From contig JABIXB010000250.1 of NCBI GenBank assembly GCA_018666805.1, positions 12,557-76,556 on the forward strand: DNA of 64,000 bases, written 5' to 3'. The notes beneath the pieces are model-generated. The model made no database searches. It was not told the DNA's origin and saw only the letters and a program-made list of their open reading frames with translations. This document shows, in pieces, positions 28,350 to 36,347 of the stretch (position 1 is its first letter; every line of letters starts with the position of its first letter). The position numbers were made by a program, and so were the translations under genes. The stretch comes from Rhodospirillaceae bacterium (GTDB lineage: Bacteria > Pseudomonadota > Alphaproteobacteria > UBA828).

Positions 28350-29069
28350 ATGGATGTGCAGCCACTGCGCGGCAGCCTCGGTGAGGCTGCGTTTGAGCGC
28401 CTGCGCGAGGGTATTGCCGGTGGCAAATGGGTGCCTGGGGAGCGTTTGCCGAGCGAGCGTGCGCTGGCCGAGCAGTTGGCCATTAGCCGCCCGGCGCTGC
28501 GCGAGGCGGTCAAGCGCCTGGAAGGTGAGGGGCTGATCGAAATCCGGCCGCGCCGCGGGCTGTTCGTCCGCGCCGCCTCCACCGATGGCCTGAGCAATTC
28601 CTTCGAACGCCTGATCGGCACGGATTTCGACCGGGTTAATGAGCTTCTCGATCTCCGCCGTGTGCTGGAGCAGCGCTCGGCCTACCTCGCCGCCGAATAT
28701 GCCAGCCCAGCGGACATCGCCGATCTGGCTGAAATCTTTGCCGACATCAAGCGCGACGTGGCGGCAGGCGGCACGGGCGACCATGCCGATGCACGCTTTC
28801 ATTGCGCCATCGCTAAGGCGGCCGGCAATACCGTGTTGACCCATTTGATGGCAACGCTGCATGGCGCGCTTGTCAAGGCATCGCGCTTGCTGGCCTTGCG
28901 CTTGATGGAAAGCGATCATTACCGCGACGGCATGTTTGAACTGCATGTTCGCATCTATGAAGCGATTCGCGACCACGACCCAAAGGCCGCCGCGGCCGCC
29001 ATGGACGCCCATTTCGATTTCGTCCTGCGCGAATTCGCCCAATACCGCACCCGCGCTGGGGAGACGTGA
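28350..29069 (+). CDS. GntR-family transcriptional regulator (FadR/FCD subfamily)
   Basis: N-terminal winged-HTH (GERLPSERALAEQLAISRPALREAVKRLEGEGLI) plus C-terminal all-helical FCD-like domain. ATG 28350 preferred (GGAGGAG SD) over 28329. Confidence 0.8.
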   Translation: MDVQPLRGSLGEAAFERLREGIAGGKWVPGERLPSERALAEQLAISRPALREAVKRLEGEGLIEIRPRRGLFVRAASTDGLSNSFERLIGTDFDRVNELLDLRRVLEQRSAYLAAEYASPADIADLAEIFADIKRDVAAGGTGDHADARFHCAIAKAAGNTVLTHLMATLHGALVKASRLLALRLMESDHYRDGMFELHVRIYEAIRDHDPKAAAAAMDAHFDFVLREFAQYRTRAGET

Positions 29070-29191
29070 AAAGCCTTTCCGCCCCAGCGGGGAGGAAGGG
29101 TTGGGTAGGAGGGGAGAGCAAAGCGCGCGGGGCGCGCTAAGGTCGCCCCATTTCCCAAGCCCTCTTCCCCCAGGGAGGAGGGCTTTAATCT

Positions 29192-29226
29192 CTAAAAAAA
29201 AGAGGCCGGCGCGCCGGCCGGCCTCA
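29192..29226 (-). terminator. rho-independent terminator for the minus-strand dmfA2 transcript (possibly bidirectional)
   Basis: Plus strand reads aaaaaaaa-gaggccggc-gcgccg-gccggcctc. On the minus strand this is a 9-bp GC stem followed by TTTTTTTT, 23 nt downstream of the dmfA2 stop. Lies between convergent genes. Confidence 0.75.
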
Positions 29227-29248
29227 TCTCCCTCGAATTCGTGCTTTC

Positions 29249-31501
29249 TTAGAACGGCTTCGGATTGATGAAGCGTTTGAGCACGTTTTTAGTCATGCGT
29301 GAAACATTGTTCTTGTAATTGTTGTGCGCCAGGCTGCCGGCCCAGGCGATCGAGCCGGTTGACCATACGGCGCCGCCATTTTGCGTTTCATGGAAGGTGA
29401 TATCGGCCCGCACCAGCTCGTTTTCGTGCCCGCCGACACCCGGCGTCGAGACCAGCATTTCCTCACACACAACGAGGTAAATGTCGGTATGTTCAACAGA
29501 AGAGGCAACAACATAGGCGTCGGGCGGGGTGCCGAGGGCGCGGTCCGCCCGGTCGAGTTCGAGGCCCGCGGCGCCGTTACCGATCAAACCGAAATCGCCG
29601 ATCTTCTCGTCCCTGCCGATGCCGTCGAAGATGAATTTGACCTTCGCCTTGTGGCTGTCCGGATTACGCTTGTAATAAGACGAAATATCGAAGCCCTGGG
29701 CGGTGAAACCAACGCCAAGCAGCTTCTGCGGCGCGCGTCCGTTGCGCCGCCAAAGGCCGCCATACTCGCCCGAGAAGCTGAAATAATATTCGCCGGTGCG
29801 TGCTTCCCAGGTGCGGATGCCGTCCTCGTTGCGCCTGACCTCGATCACGCCCGGCACTTCGCTGTGATACTGGATGCGCCAATACCAGCCATTGGCGCCG
29901 AGATACATCAGCCGCCCGCCGCGCCGTTGATAGGCGTCCATGGCGTCCCACATCTCGACCGAGTGATATTCCGGATGGGTACTGCTGACCACGACGCTGT
30001 AATCCTCAATCGCCGCGAGACCTTCATAATGCAGATCCTCGTCGCTGATCACGTCGTAATCGATGTTCATCGCCTCGAGCCAGTCGGTGATGTGGGTATC
30101 GGCGTTGAACTGCCAGAGGGTCGATTCGGTGGCGCCGATCCACATGCGGTGCTTGGGCCGCATGTTGAGGATCGGGCGCATGCGTGAGGAATAGCAGATG
30201 CCCGAACCGTCGGAATGAGAATCGTAACAAGAGCCGCCATATTCGCGGTGCTCGTTGAGATAGAGATTGAACTTATCGAGCTGCACCAGGCGTCCGGCAA
30301 GGAGCTGACCAACCGGTGCATCGGTATTCATATGTTCGTTGGCATAGGCTTGGTAACTCGCGCTTGGCATGAGATAGAGCACCTTGGCGGTCGGCTTGCC
30401 GCGTGGCGCGCGCACCGCGAAGGGGATGTGGTCCTCATGCTCGCCAGCGCGTAAGCGCGCTGCATAGACGCCACTTTTCAGGCCTTTCGGAATGGTGAGC
30501 TCGAAATCCACTTCCCAGCCGGCGTCGTAAATATCGTCGTCATGGAAATGAATGGCGCCATATTGCCCGGGCGCGTTGGTCCAGTTCATCTCCTCGCCGG
30601 TCCAATTCCAGCCGGTCATGGCGCGCGCCGGCAGGTTGACGATCTCGCCGTGCAGCAAATTGGCGGACAGGTCGCTCACTTTCAGGCCCTTGATGTCGGC
30701 GCTGAAATCCCACGCGCCGATCACCGAATTGGTCAGTTCGGTATTGACCGGCCAGGTCTTCAGGGCTTCCATTTCCGTTGCGCTCAGAACACGGTTGGCG
30801 ATGCGCGGGCTGTCGATCTTGCCATTGTAATGGCCGCCGCAAACGGTGCGGCCCTTGTCGGTCTTTTTATAATAGGCGCCCATGGTGAGCGGCATAGTGT
30901 GATTCGGCACTTTGCCGACGGTCGATTTACGCCGCACCACGGCGCGGTCGCTCTTGGTCTCGAAGCCGTGCAGCGGCTCCTGCACCAACGTAATGGCCTT
31001 GCTCTTGGCGTCGTAAGTGGCGGCAACGAAATACCATTCATGCGCGATCAGGGGCTTGCCGGTGTGGACGGTTTGAACCTTGCCCTTGCCATTGCCGAGG
31101 CAAAGTGCGACCGAGCCATTTTCCTTGGTGATGATCAGCGCGGCGCCGGCTTTATCGGCATCGCGCCATTTGGAAATGATCGCCTGGGTGCCGATTTCCG
31201 GCGTGGTTGGCCAGATGAAGGCCTGCATGGTGAAACTTTCGAGGCCGTCGAGCATGTCGCTGGCGCCAATTTCGACGAACGAGCCGGCATGAATGACCTG
31301 TTTGCGGCTTTTATAGGTGCCGTTGGCGGCGGTCTTGACGACCTTCTCCTGGTAGCCTGGGCCATCCGGATTTTCATCGCCGCAAATGACGCGAACGATA
31401 TCGGCGCGGTAGCGCTTGCCGGCCTCGGAATTGACCATGAATTTGATGGTCTCTCCGGGCGCAGCGCTAATTTTGTCGGCATAGCCGGTGATTTTCATCA
31501 T
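29249..31501 (-). CDS. dmfA2: N,N-dimethylformamidase large (beta) subunit-like protein
   Basis: 750 aa (about 85 kDa), matching the size of DMFase large subunits. Immediately preceded, with a 94-nt spacer, by a small (about 11-13 kDa) ORF in the canonical small-then-large order. Family assignment from size, synteny and recollection, not a search. Confidence 0.6.
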   Translation of the reverse strand: MMKITGYADKISAAPGETIKFMVNSEAGKRYRADIVRVICGDENPDGPGYQEKVVKTAANGTYKSRKQVIHAGSFVEIGASDMLDGLESFTMQAFIWPTTPEIGTQAIISKWRDADKAGAALIITKENGSVALCLGNGKGKVQTVHTGKPLIAHEWYFVAATYDAKSKAITLVQEPLHGFETKSDRAVVRRKSTVGKVPNHTMPLTMGAYYKKTDKGRTVCGGHYNGKIDSPRIANRVLSATEMEALKTWPVNTELTNSVIGAWDFSADIKGLKVSDLSANLLHGEIVNLPARAMTGWNWTGEEMNWTNAPGQYGAIHFHDDDIYDAGWEVDFELTIPKGLKSGVYAARLRAGEHEDHIPFAVRAPRGKPTAKVLYLMPSASYQAYANEHMNTDAPVGQLLAGRLVQLDKFNLYLNEHREYGGSCYDSHSDGSGICYSSRMRPILNMRPKHRMWIGATESTLWQFNADTHITDWLEAMNIDYDVISDEDLHYEGLAAIEDYSVVVSSTHPEYHSVEMWDAMDAYQRRGGRLMYLGANGWYWRIQYHSEVPGVIEVRRNEDGIRTWEARTGEYYFSFSGEYGGLWRRNGRAPQKLLGVGFTAQGFDISSYYKRNPDSHKAKVKFIFDGIGRDEKIGDFGLIGNGAAGLELDRADRALGTPPDAYVVASSVEHTDIYLVVCEEMLVSTPGVGGHENELVRADITFHETQNGGAVWSTGSIAWAGSLAHNNYKNNVSRMTKNVLKRFINPKPF

Positions 31502-31595
31502 GATGATTTCGTCCTCTGACGATTGCGGGTCCTGGCGGAGGCAGGGCGTCCGCGCGGTGGCTTTGATATTGTTGTGCGGCGATGAAGTGCCGTGG

Positions 31596-31886
31596 CTATC
31601 TCAGCGTCTCGCCCCTGAGCTGCTTCCAGCGCAGCTTGAAGACGTACCACTCGGCTTCTTCGAGGCTGGTGAATTTCTTGCTCAGCATTTTTAGCGGCTT
31701 ACCGCGGACGCCGGTGGTTTTGGCAAGTTGCCATTCCCGGTTGGCTTTGGTGCAAACCAGACAATGTTTGTCATCCATCGGCAGGCCGCGCAGCTCATTC
31801 AGGATTACCTGCAATTCGCCACTGTGATGGCCAATCGGTGTTTTGCGGAATTCCTCAATGGCGCGGCTTTCAGCTTCGCTAGGCAT
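31596..31886 (-). CDS. dmfA1: N,N-dimethylformamidase small (alpha) subunit-like protein
   Basis: Lys-rich 96-aa ORF from ATG 31886 (GGGAGA SD 7 nt upstream). The track alternative extends to 31937 (113 aa). Protein-like composition in an otherwise GC-skewed region. Confidence 0.5.
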   Translation of the reverse strand: MPSEAESRAIEEFRKTPIGHHSGELQVILNELRGLPMDDKHCLVCTKANREWQLAKTTGVRGKPLKMLSKKFTSLEEAEWYVFKLRWKQLRGETLR

Positions 31887-31966
31887 GATATTTTCTCCCG
31901 TTTCTTTTGCGGCATATCTTGCCGCGCAGCATAGCATTAGAAATTACATGGATACTACTAGACTCA

Positions 31967-32776
31967 TCAGGCGCGCTTGGCTGCGCGCCTTCTTTGGGCA
32001 ATGAGAAATATGTAGCCCAAAAATAGAATAATGACAGAGCCATAGACCGAGAACGCGCCCATGGTTGGGATCATCGGCGTGTAGCCGCTGCTCATCTTGG
32101 TATAGAGCCATTCGGTTACGGTGCTGTCGGCGCCCGTTGTGTAGGTCGAGAGCGAGAAATTTCCCCACGACAGCAGGAAGGCGAACAGCGCGCCGGAGAA
32201 GAGGCCGGGGGCCAGAGCTGGCAGGGTGACCTCCCAGAACACTTGAAAGCGATTGGCGCCGAGGTCATATGCCGCTTCCTCTTGGCTCACATCGAAGCCA
32301 TAAACCTGAATCGAGATCACCAGCGTGACGATCGGCGCGATCCATACCAGATGCGCGAACACGGCCGCTTCCCAGGTCGGCAGCACGCCGATATAGGTGA
32401 ACCACAGCAGGAGTGCGAGGCCGAGCACCGCTTGCGGGAAGAAAATCGGCAGCATGATCAGGCGCTGATAGAAAATGCGCCCCTTCCAATCATAGCGGGC
32501 AAACGCGAGCGCGCCGAAAAAGCCCAGCACCACCGCAATCGCGGCAACGCAAGCTGCGACATAAAGCGAGGTGATGTGCAGGTTTTCGGTCAAATTAGCG
32601 TTGATCGTTTGCTCATACCATTTTCCGCTCCACGTCTTGACCGGGAAGCGGAAATAGCGCGATTTGCCGAGCGACGAAATGATAACGGCGGCGATCGGCA
32701 GGAAGAAAAACAGCAGAACGATTCCCGTCCACACACAGATCAGGGCGTTTGACCAGCGTTTGACTTTACTTTCCAT
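31967..32776 (-). CDS. ABC transporter permease (PotC-like, spermidine/putrescine-type)
   Basis: 269 aa with 6 TM segments and an EAA-like loop (EEAAYDLGANRFQVFWEVTLPALAP). Confidence 0.8.
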   Translation of the reverse strand: MESKVKRWSNALICVWTGIVLLFFFLPIAAVIISSLGKSRYFRFPVKTWSGKWYEQTINANLTENLHITSLYVAACVAAIAVVLGFFGALAFARYDWKGRIFYQRLIMLPIFFPQAVLGLALLLWFTYIGVLPTWEAAVFAHLVWIAPIVTLVISIQVYGFDVSQEEAAYDLGANRFQVFWEVTLPALAPGLFSGALFAFLLSWGNFSLSTYTTGADSTVTEWLYTKMSSGYTPMIPTMGAFSVYGSVIILFLGYIFLIAQRRRAAKRA

Positions 32777-32783
32777 GCTCGTG

Positions 32784-33704
32784 CTACCGCCTCCCCAACA
32801 ATCGATCGAGGTCGAGGCGGCGCATCACATAGATCACCAGGATGCCGGTTATGACGATGGCGAACATTGAGATCGAGGAGCCGAGTGGCCAGTTCTGGGC
32901 GTAGGTAAACTCATGCTGGATGGCATGCGAGATGACGACGATATTTGCGCCGCCCAGCACTTTGGCTTCGGATATGGCGCCGACGGCGAGGACGAAGGTC
33001 AGCAGCGAGCCGATCAGGATGCCCGGCATGGCGATCGGCAATTCGACCTCGCGGAAGACCTGCCAGCGATTGGCGCCGAGATCGCCGGCCGCATCGATCT
33101 GATCTTTGGGCACGAGCGAGAGGCCGAGCGTGGTCGGAAACAGGGTGTAGGGCAGGTAGACATAGACCATGCCAAGGAGGGTGGTGCCGTTCGAATAAAG
33201 CAGCGTGCCGGTATCGAGGCCGAACAGGTATTTGACGCTTCCAGCAAAAATGCCGCCGCCTTTCAGCAGCAATAGATACCAGCCGAACAGGCGGACATTT
33301 TCGGAAACGAAAAGCGGAATCACCAGCAGCAGCATGATCGGCGCCGCCCAGCGGCCAAACACTTTAGCGAGGCCGTAGGAAACCGGATAGGAGATCAGCA
33401 GGCAGCACGCCACCGTTGCCGTGGCGAGGCCGAATGACCACAGGAAGGAGATGTAATAACTCTCCGATATGATGTGAACGTAATTATCGACCGTCCAGTC
33501 GCCGTGGAAACCGAAGGTGCGCTCGGGCACGAAGCTGAAGCCGAGAACGATAACCAGCGGGCCGACAAAGCCGGCCAGGAATAAGAGGAGGATCGGCGTT
33601 GCCGTGAGAAAGCCGGGTTGACGCAGCCAGCGGCCAAAAGCCTCCAGCGCGGAAGGCTGATGCAGCAGTGGCGGCGGCGATGTTTTGTCGGAAATTGACG
33701 CCAT
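32784..33704 (-). CDS. ABC transporter permease (PotB-like)
   Basis: 6 TM segments and an EAA loop (DAAGDLGANRWQVFREVELPIAMP). Start placed at ATG 33704, 1 nt after the ATPase stop. The track start 33737 would overlap the ATPase gene by 32 nt. Start uncertain. Confidence 0.75.
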   Translation of the reverse strand: MASISDKTSPPPLLHQPSALEAFGRWLRQPGFLTATPILLLFLAGFVGPLVIVLGFSFVPERTFGFHGDWTVDNYVHIISESYYISFLWSFGLATATVACCLLISYPVSYGLAKVFGRWAAPIMLLLVIPLFVSENVRLFGWYLLLLKGGGIFAGSVKYLFGLDTGTLLYSNGTTLLGMVYVYLPYTLFPTTLGLSLVPKDQIDAAGDLGANRWQVFREVELPIAMPGILIGSLLTFVLAVGAISEAKVLGGANIVVISHAIQHEFTYAQNWPLGSSISMFAIVITGILVIYVMRRLDLDRLLGRR

Positions 33705-33705
33705 C

Positions 33706-34773
33706 TCAGTCGCTGACCAGCACGCTGTCTTTGACATCCCAGCCGATAATCACGTCGTCATCGATCTTGCCCTGATAGGCCTGTTCGCGCAGCTTTTCGA
33801 CAACCAGCATATAGCCGCCGGCGCGGACGTGATACTGCACCCGCGAGCCCATCGCATATTCGTTGAAGAGCGAGCCTTTGACATGATTGTCGGCTTCGGA
33901 CGGGTCGCTCAGGAAGCGCATGGATTCGGGCCGAATAACGAGATAACCAGTGTCCGAATTACCGGCTTGCGCCGGCCCCGCCAATTGCGCACTTAGCTCG
34001 GCGCATTCGAATTTGCCATCGGCGCTCCGCTTCACACCCAGCGTGTTGACCTCGCCCATGAATTCCGAGACGAATTTATTGAGCGGGCGGGAATAAATTT
34101 CATCGGGCGTGCCGACTTGAATGAGATGACCGGCCTGCATGATGCCGATGCGGTCGCTCATCACCATCGCTTCCTCAAGCGAATGGGTGATGTACATAAA
34201 GGTCTTGCCGGTTTCGCGGTGCAAATCCTTCAGTTCCACTTCGAGATGCTTGCGTAGCTGGTAATCGATTGCCGAGAGCGGCTCGTCGAAAAACATGATG
34301 TCGGGGTCGGAGGCCAAGGCGCGGGCCAATGCCACGCGCTGGCGCTCGCCGCCGGAGCATTTGGTCACGCCCTTGGCGTAATAATCTTCCGGCAGGCGCA
34401 CGGTTTTCATCAGCTCCATGGCGCGCACCTTCCGCTCGGCGCGCGAGACGCCGCGCATCTTGAGCGAAAATTCGATATTTTGCCCGACAGTGCGGTGGTT
34501 AAACAGCGCCAGCGACTGAAACACCATACAGGTCGGGCGTTTGTTGGCCGGTACATCATTGACGACATTGCCGCGCAACACGACATCGCCGCCGCTCGGC
34601 TTTTCCAATCCTGCCAACATGCGCAGCAGCGTTGTCTTGCCGCTGCCCGATGGCCCGACGATGGTGAAGAATTCGCCGTCGACAATATCAAGCGACACAT
34701 TGTTGACAGCCAAAAGCTTGCCGAACTGCTTGGTGATACCTTTTATTTCAAGAATGGGGGCGCCGTCGCCCAT
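33706..34773 (-). CDS. ABC transporter ATP-binding protein (PotA-like)
   Basis: Walker A (GPSGSGKTT), Q-loop, signature (CSGGERQRVALARAL), Walker B (IMFFDEPLSAID) and a C-terminal TOBE-like regulatory domain. Confidence 0.85.
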   Translation of the reverse strand: MGDGAPILEIKGITKQFGKLLAVNNVSLDIVDGEFFTIVGPSGSGKTTLLRMLAGLEKPSGGDVVLRGNVVNDVPANKRPTCMVFQSLALFNHRTVGQNIEFSLKMRGVSRAERKVRAMELMKTVRLPEDYYAKGVTKCSGGERQRVALARALASDPDIMFFDEPLSAIDYQLRKHLEVELKDLHRETGKTFMYITHSLEEAMVMSDRIGIMQAGHLIQVGTPDEIYSRPLNKFVSEFMGEVNTLGVKRSADGKFECAELSAQLAGPAQAGNSDTGYLVIRPESMRFLSDPSEADNHVKGSLFNEYAMGSRVQYHVRAGGYMLVVEKLREQAYQGKIDDDVIIGWDVKDSVLVSD

Positions 34774-34875
34774 ACCTTCAGCTCCCGGTCGTTATATTGT
34801 GGCCGCGAACGGCATTTTATGTCTGCGCATTCGAGCTATGAAATTTTCTTAAAAAATCGATTTATGAGGGGAATT

Positions 34876-34906
34876 GAGCCGCGCGGATATAGCACCCGCG
34901 CGGCTC
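34876..34906 (-). other. intercistronic stem-loop between SBP and ATPase genes (gagccgcgcgg-N9-ccgcgcggctc)
   Basis: Perfect 11-bp inverted repeat with a 9-nt loop, read directly. Lies in the 173-nt gap after the SBP gene and has no U-tract. Typical position for an mRNA-stabilising or attenuating hairpin in ABC operons. Confidence 0.55.
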
Positions 34907-34946
34907 ATTACTATTCTCCAATCGCCAATAATCCGGCGCCTGAAAA

Positions 34947-36143
34947 CTAGGTTTTTTCCCTCAATGCGGCGGTGTAGATGTCGTAGAGCTTGTTGTAGTC
35001 AGGCACCACGTCATATTCGACCGCATGTTCGATACGATAATCGAACTCATCCCACTGGAAGGAGTTGAGCTCCTCCTTGGAGAATTTGGCCAGCACTGCC
35101 GGATCGGACAATTGGCCGACCGGCAGCAGGAAGCCGCCGGCGGTGCCGACATAGTAGGATGAATCCGGCTGCAGAATATACTCCATCCAATCGAACGCCT
35201 TGGAATGGAGCGTCGGGTTGTTGACCACCGAATTGAGCTCAATCCAGTTGATGCCGCCCTTGCCCTCGGCCGGGCCACTTCTGGGGGTGACATGATAGAG
35301 ATTGTCGAGGCCGTCCAAACGGGCCGCCGAGACGGTGTAGGTGCCGCCGCCGAAATAGAGGTCGATTTCGCCGTTGATCAGGGCCAGATTGATGCCGACG
35401 AAATCATCGGAAATCATCTTGGCGCCATTGATCCAGCGCCGCGCGGTTTCCTCGAATTTCGCCACTTCGGCATCGCTCTTCACCTTGAACGGATGGAGAC
35501 CGGCGCCCATGCACATATGCATGATGTTCCAGTTATCGTAGGCGAGGATGCCATAGCGGCCCTTCATGTCGGGATTGTTGAACAGATCCCAGCCTTCGTC
35601 CTTGCCCATCTCGGCCGAGATGACGTCGGTGTTGACGACGAAATCGAACGTATCGACGCGCTGGCAGACACCGAGCAGATGCTCAACGTCCTGGCTCATC
35701 GCCCATTTGTAGGGCGGCTTGAACATCGGCAGCATTTTGTCGAAATAGGGCTCGAAACGGCCGCGGTCGAGCTCGACAATGAGATTCTCCGGCCACATGA
35801 TCTCGCGTGCCCAGGGATTGTTGAGATTGATGATATCCCAAATCTCGGTCTGTCCGGCGCGCAGTTTGTTGACTGAATCCGGATCCGAGGTGTGCAGTTC
35901 GTACTTAATATCCGTCGCATGCTGATCGGTAAAACCGTCGAGCACACGCGGATCGACATAGCCGTCCCAGGTGAGCATGGCGAGATCGCGTTCGGCGGCC
36001 GAGAGGCCCCCCGGCAGCGCCATACCGGCGCCCACCGCCGCGGCACCTGCGCCCATGCCCTTCAGCACGTTGCGCCGAGTCACGCCGGCGCCCCGTATCG
36101 GGTCATGATTGACAATCTGTTTTAATAGTTTTTCGTTTTCCAT
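34947..36143 (-). CDS. ABC transporter periplasmic substrate-binding protein (PotD/PotF-like) with Tat signal
   Basis: AGGAGG SD 6 nt upstream of ATG 36143. N-terminal twin-arginine motif (TRRNVLKGMGAGAAAVGAGMA), then a polyamine-type SBP fold pattern. First gene of the co-oriented transporter-dmf gene string. Confidence 0.8.
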   Translation of the reverse strand: MENEKLLKQIVNHDPIRGAGVTRRNVLKGMGAGAAAVGAGMALPGGLSAAERDLAMLTWDGYVDPRVLDGFTDQHATDIKYELHTSDPDSVNKLRAGQTEIWDIINLNNPWAREIMWPENLIVELDRGRFEPYFDKMLPMFKPPYKWAMSQDVEHLLGVCQRVDTFDFVVNTDVISAEMGKDEGWDLFNNPDMKGRYGILAYDNWNIMHMCMGAGLHPFKVKSDAEVAKFEETARRWINGAKMISDDFVGINLALINGEIDLYFGGGTYTVSAARLDGLDNLYHVTPRSGPAEGKGGINWIELNSVVNNPTLHSKAFDWMEYILQPDSSYYVGTAGGFLLPVGQLSDPAVLAKFSKEELNSFQWDEFDYRIEHAVEYDVVPDYNKLYDIYTAALREKT

Positions 36144-36347
36144 TTTAGCCTCCTGTTAGCTTCGTTAACCTGTTGTTCCGATAATTTTGGTTGGTTTCGC
36201 ACATCGCTTAACGGGCTGACCTTTTCGGTCTCTTATTCATAAATGTGCGGTATTAATTCCTCTTCCCTACGGCTGACGTCAAAACTCTGGCGCAGATTGA
36301 AGCATAAATGCCCGCTTTGCACACGCTGATTTCGATTTACCTCCCCC

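Noticed and set aside
28320-31519. Antisense ORFs 28320-29042 (-) and 30542-31519 (+), with shorter ones inside dmfA2
   Set aside because: Shadows of the GntR and dmfA2 genes.
26377-36251. Shared 9-mer ATGTGCGGT in the mgsA promoter region (26377-26385) and the transporter/dmf promoter region (36243-36251, part of a CGCACAT-N38-ATGTGCG inverted pair)
   Set aside because: Tempting as a common operator for the two methylated-amine operons. However, a given 9-mer is expected to recur about 0.5 times by chance in 2 x 64 kb. Not significant without comparative or binding data.
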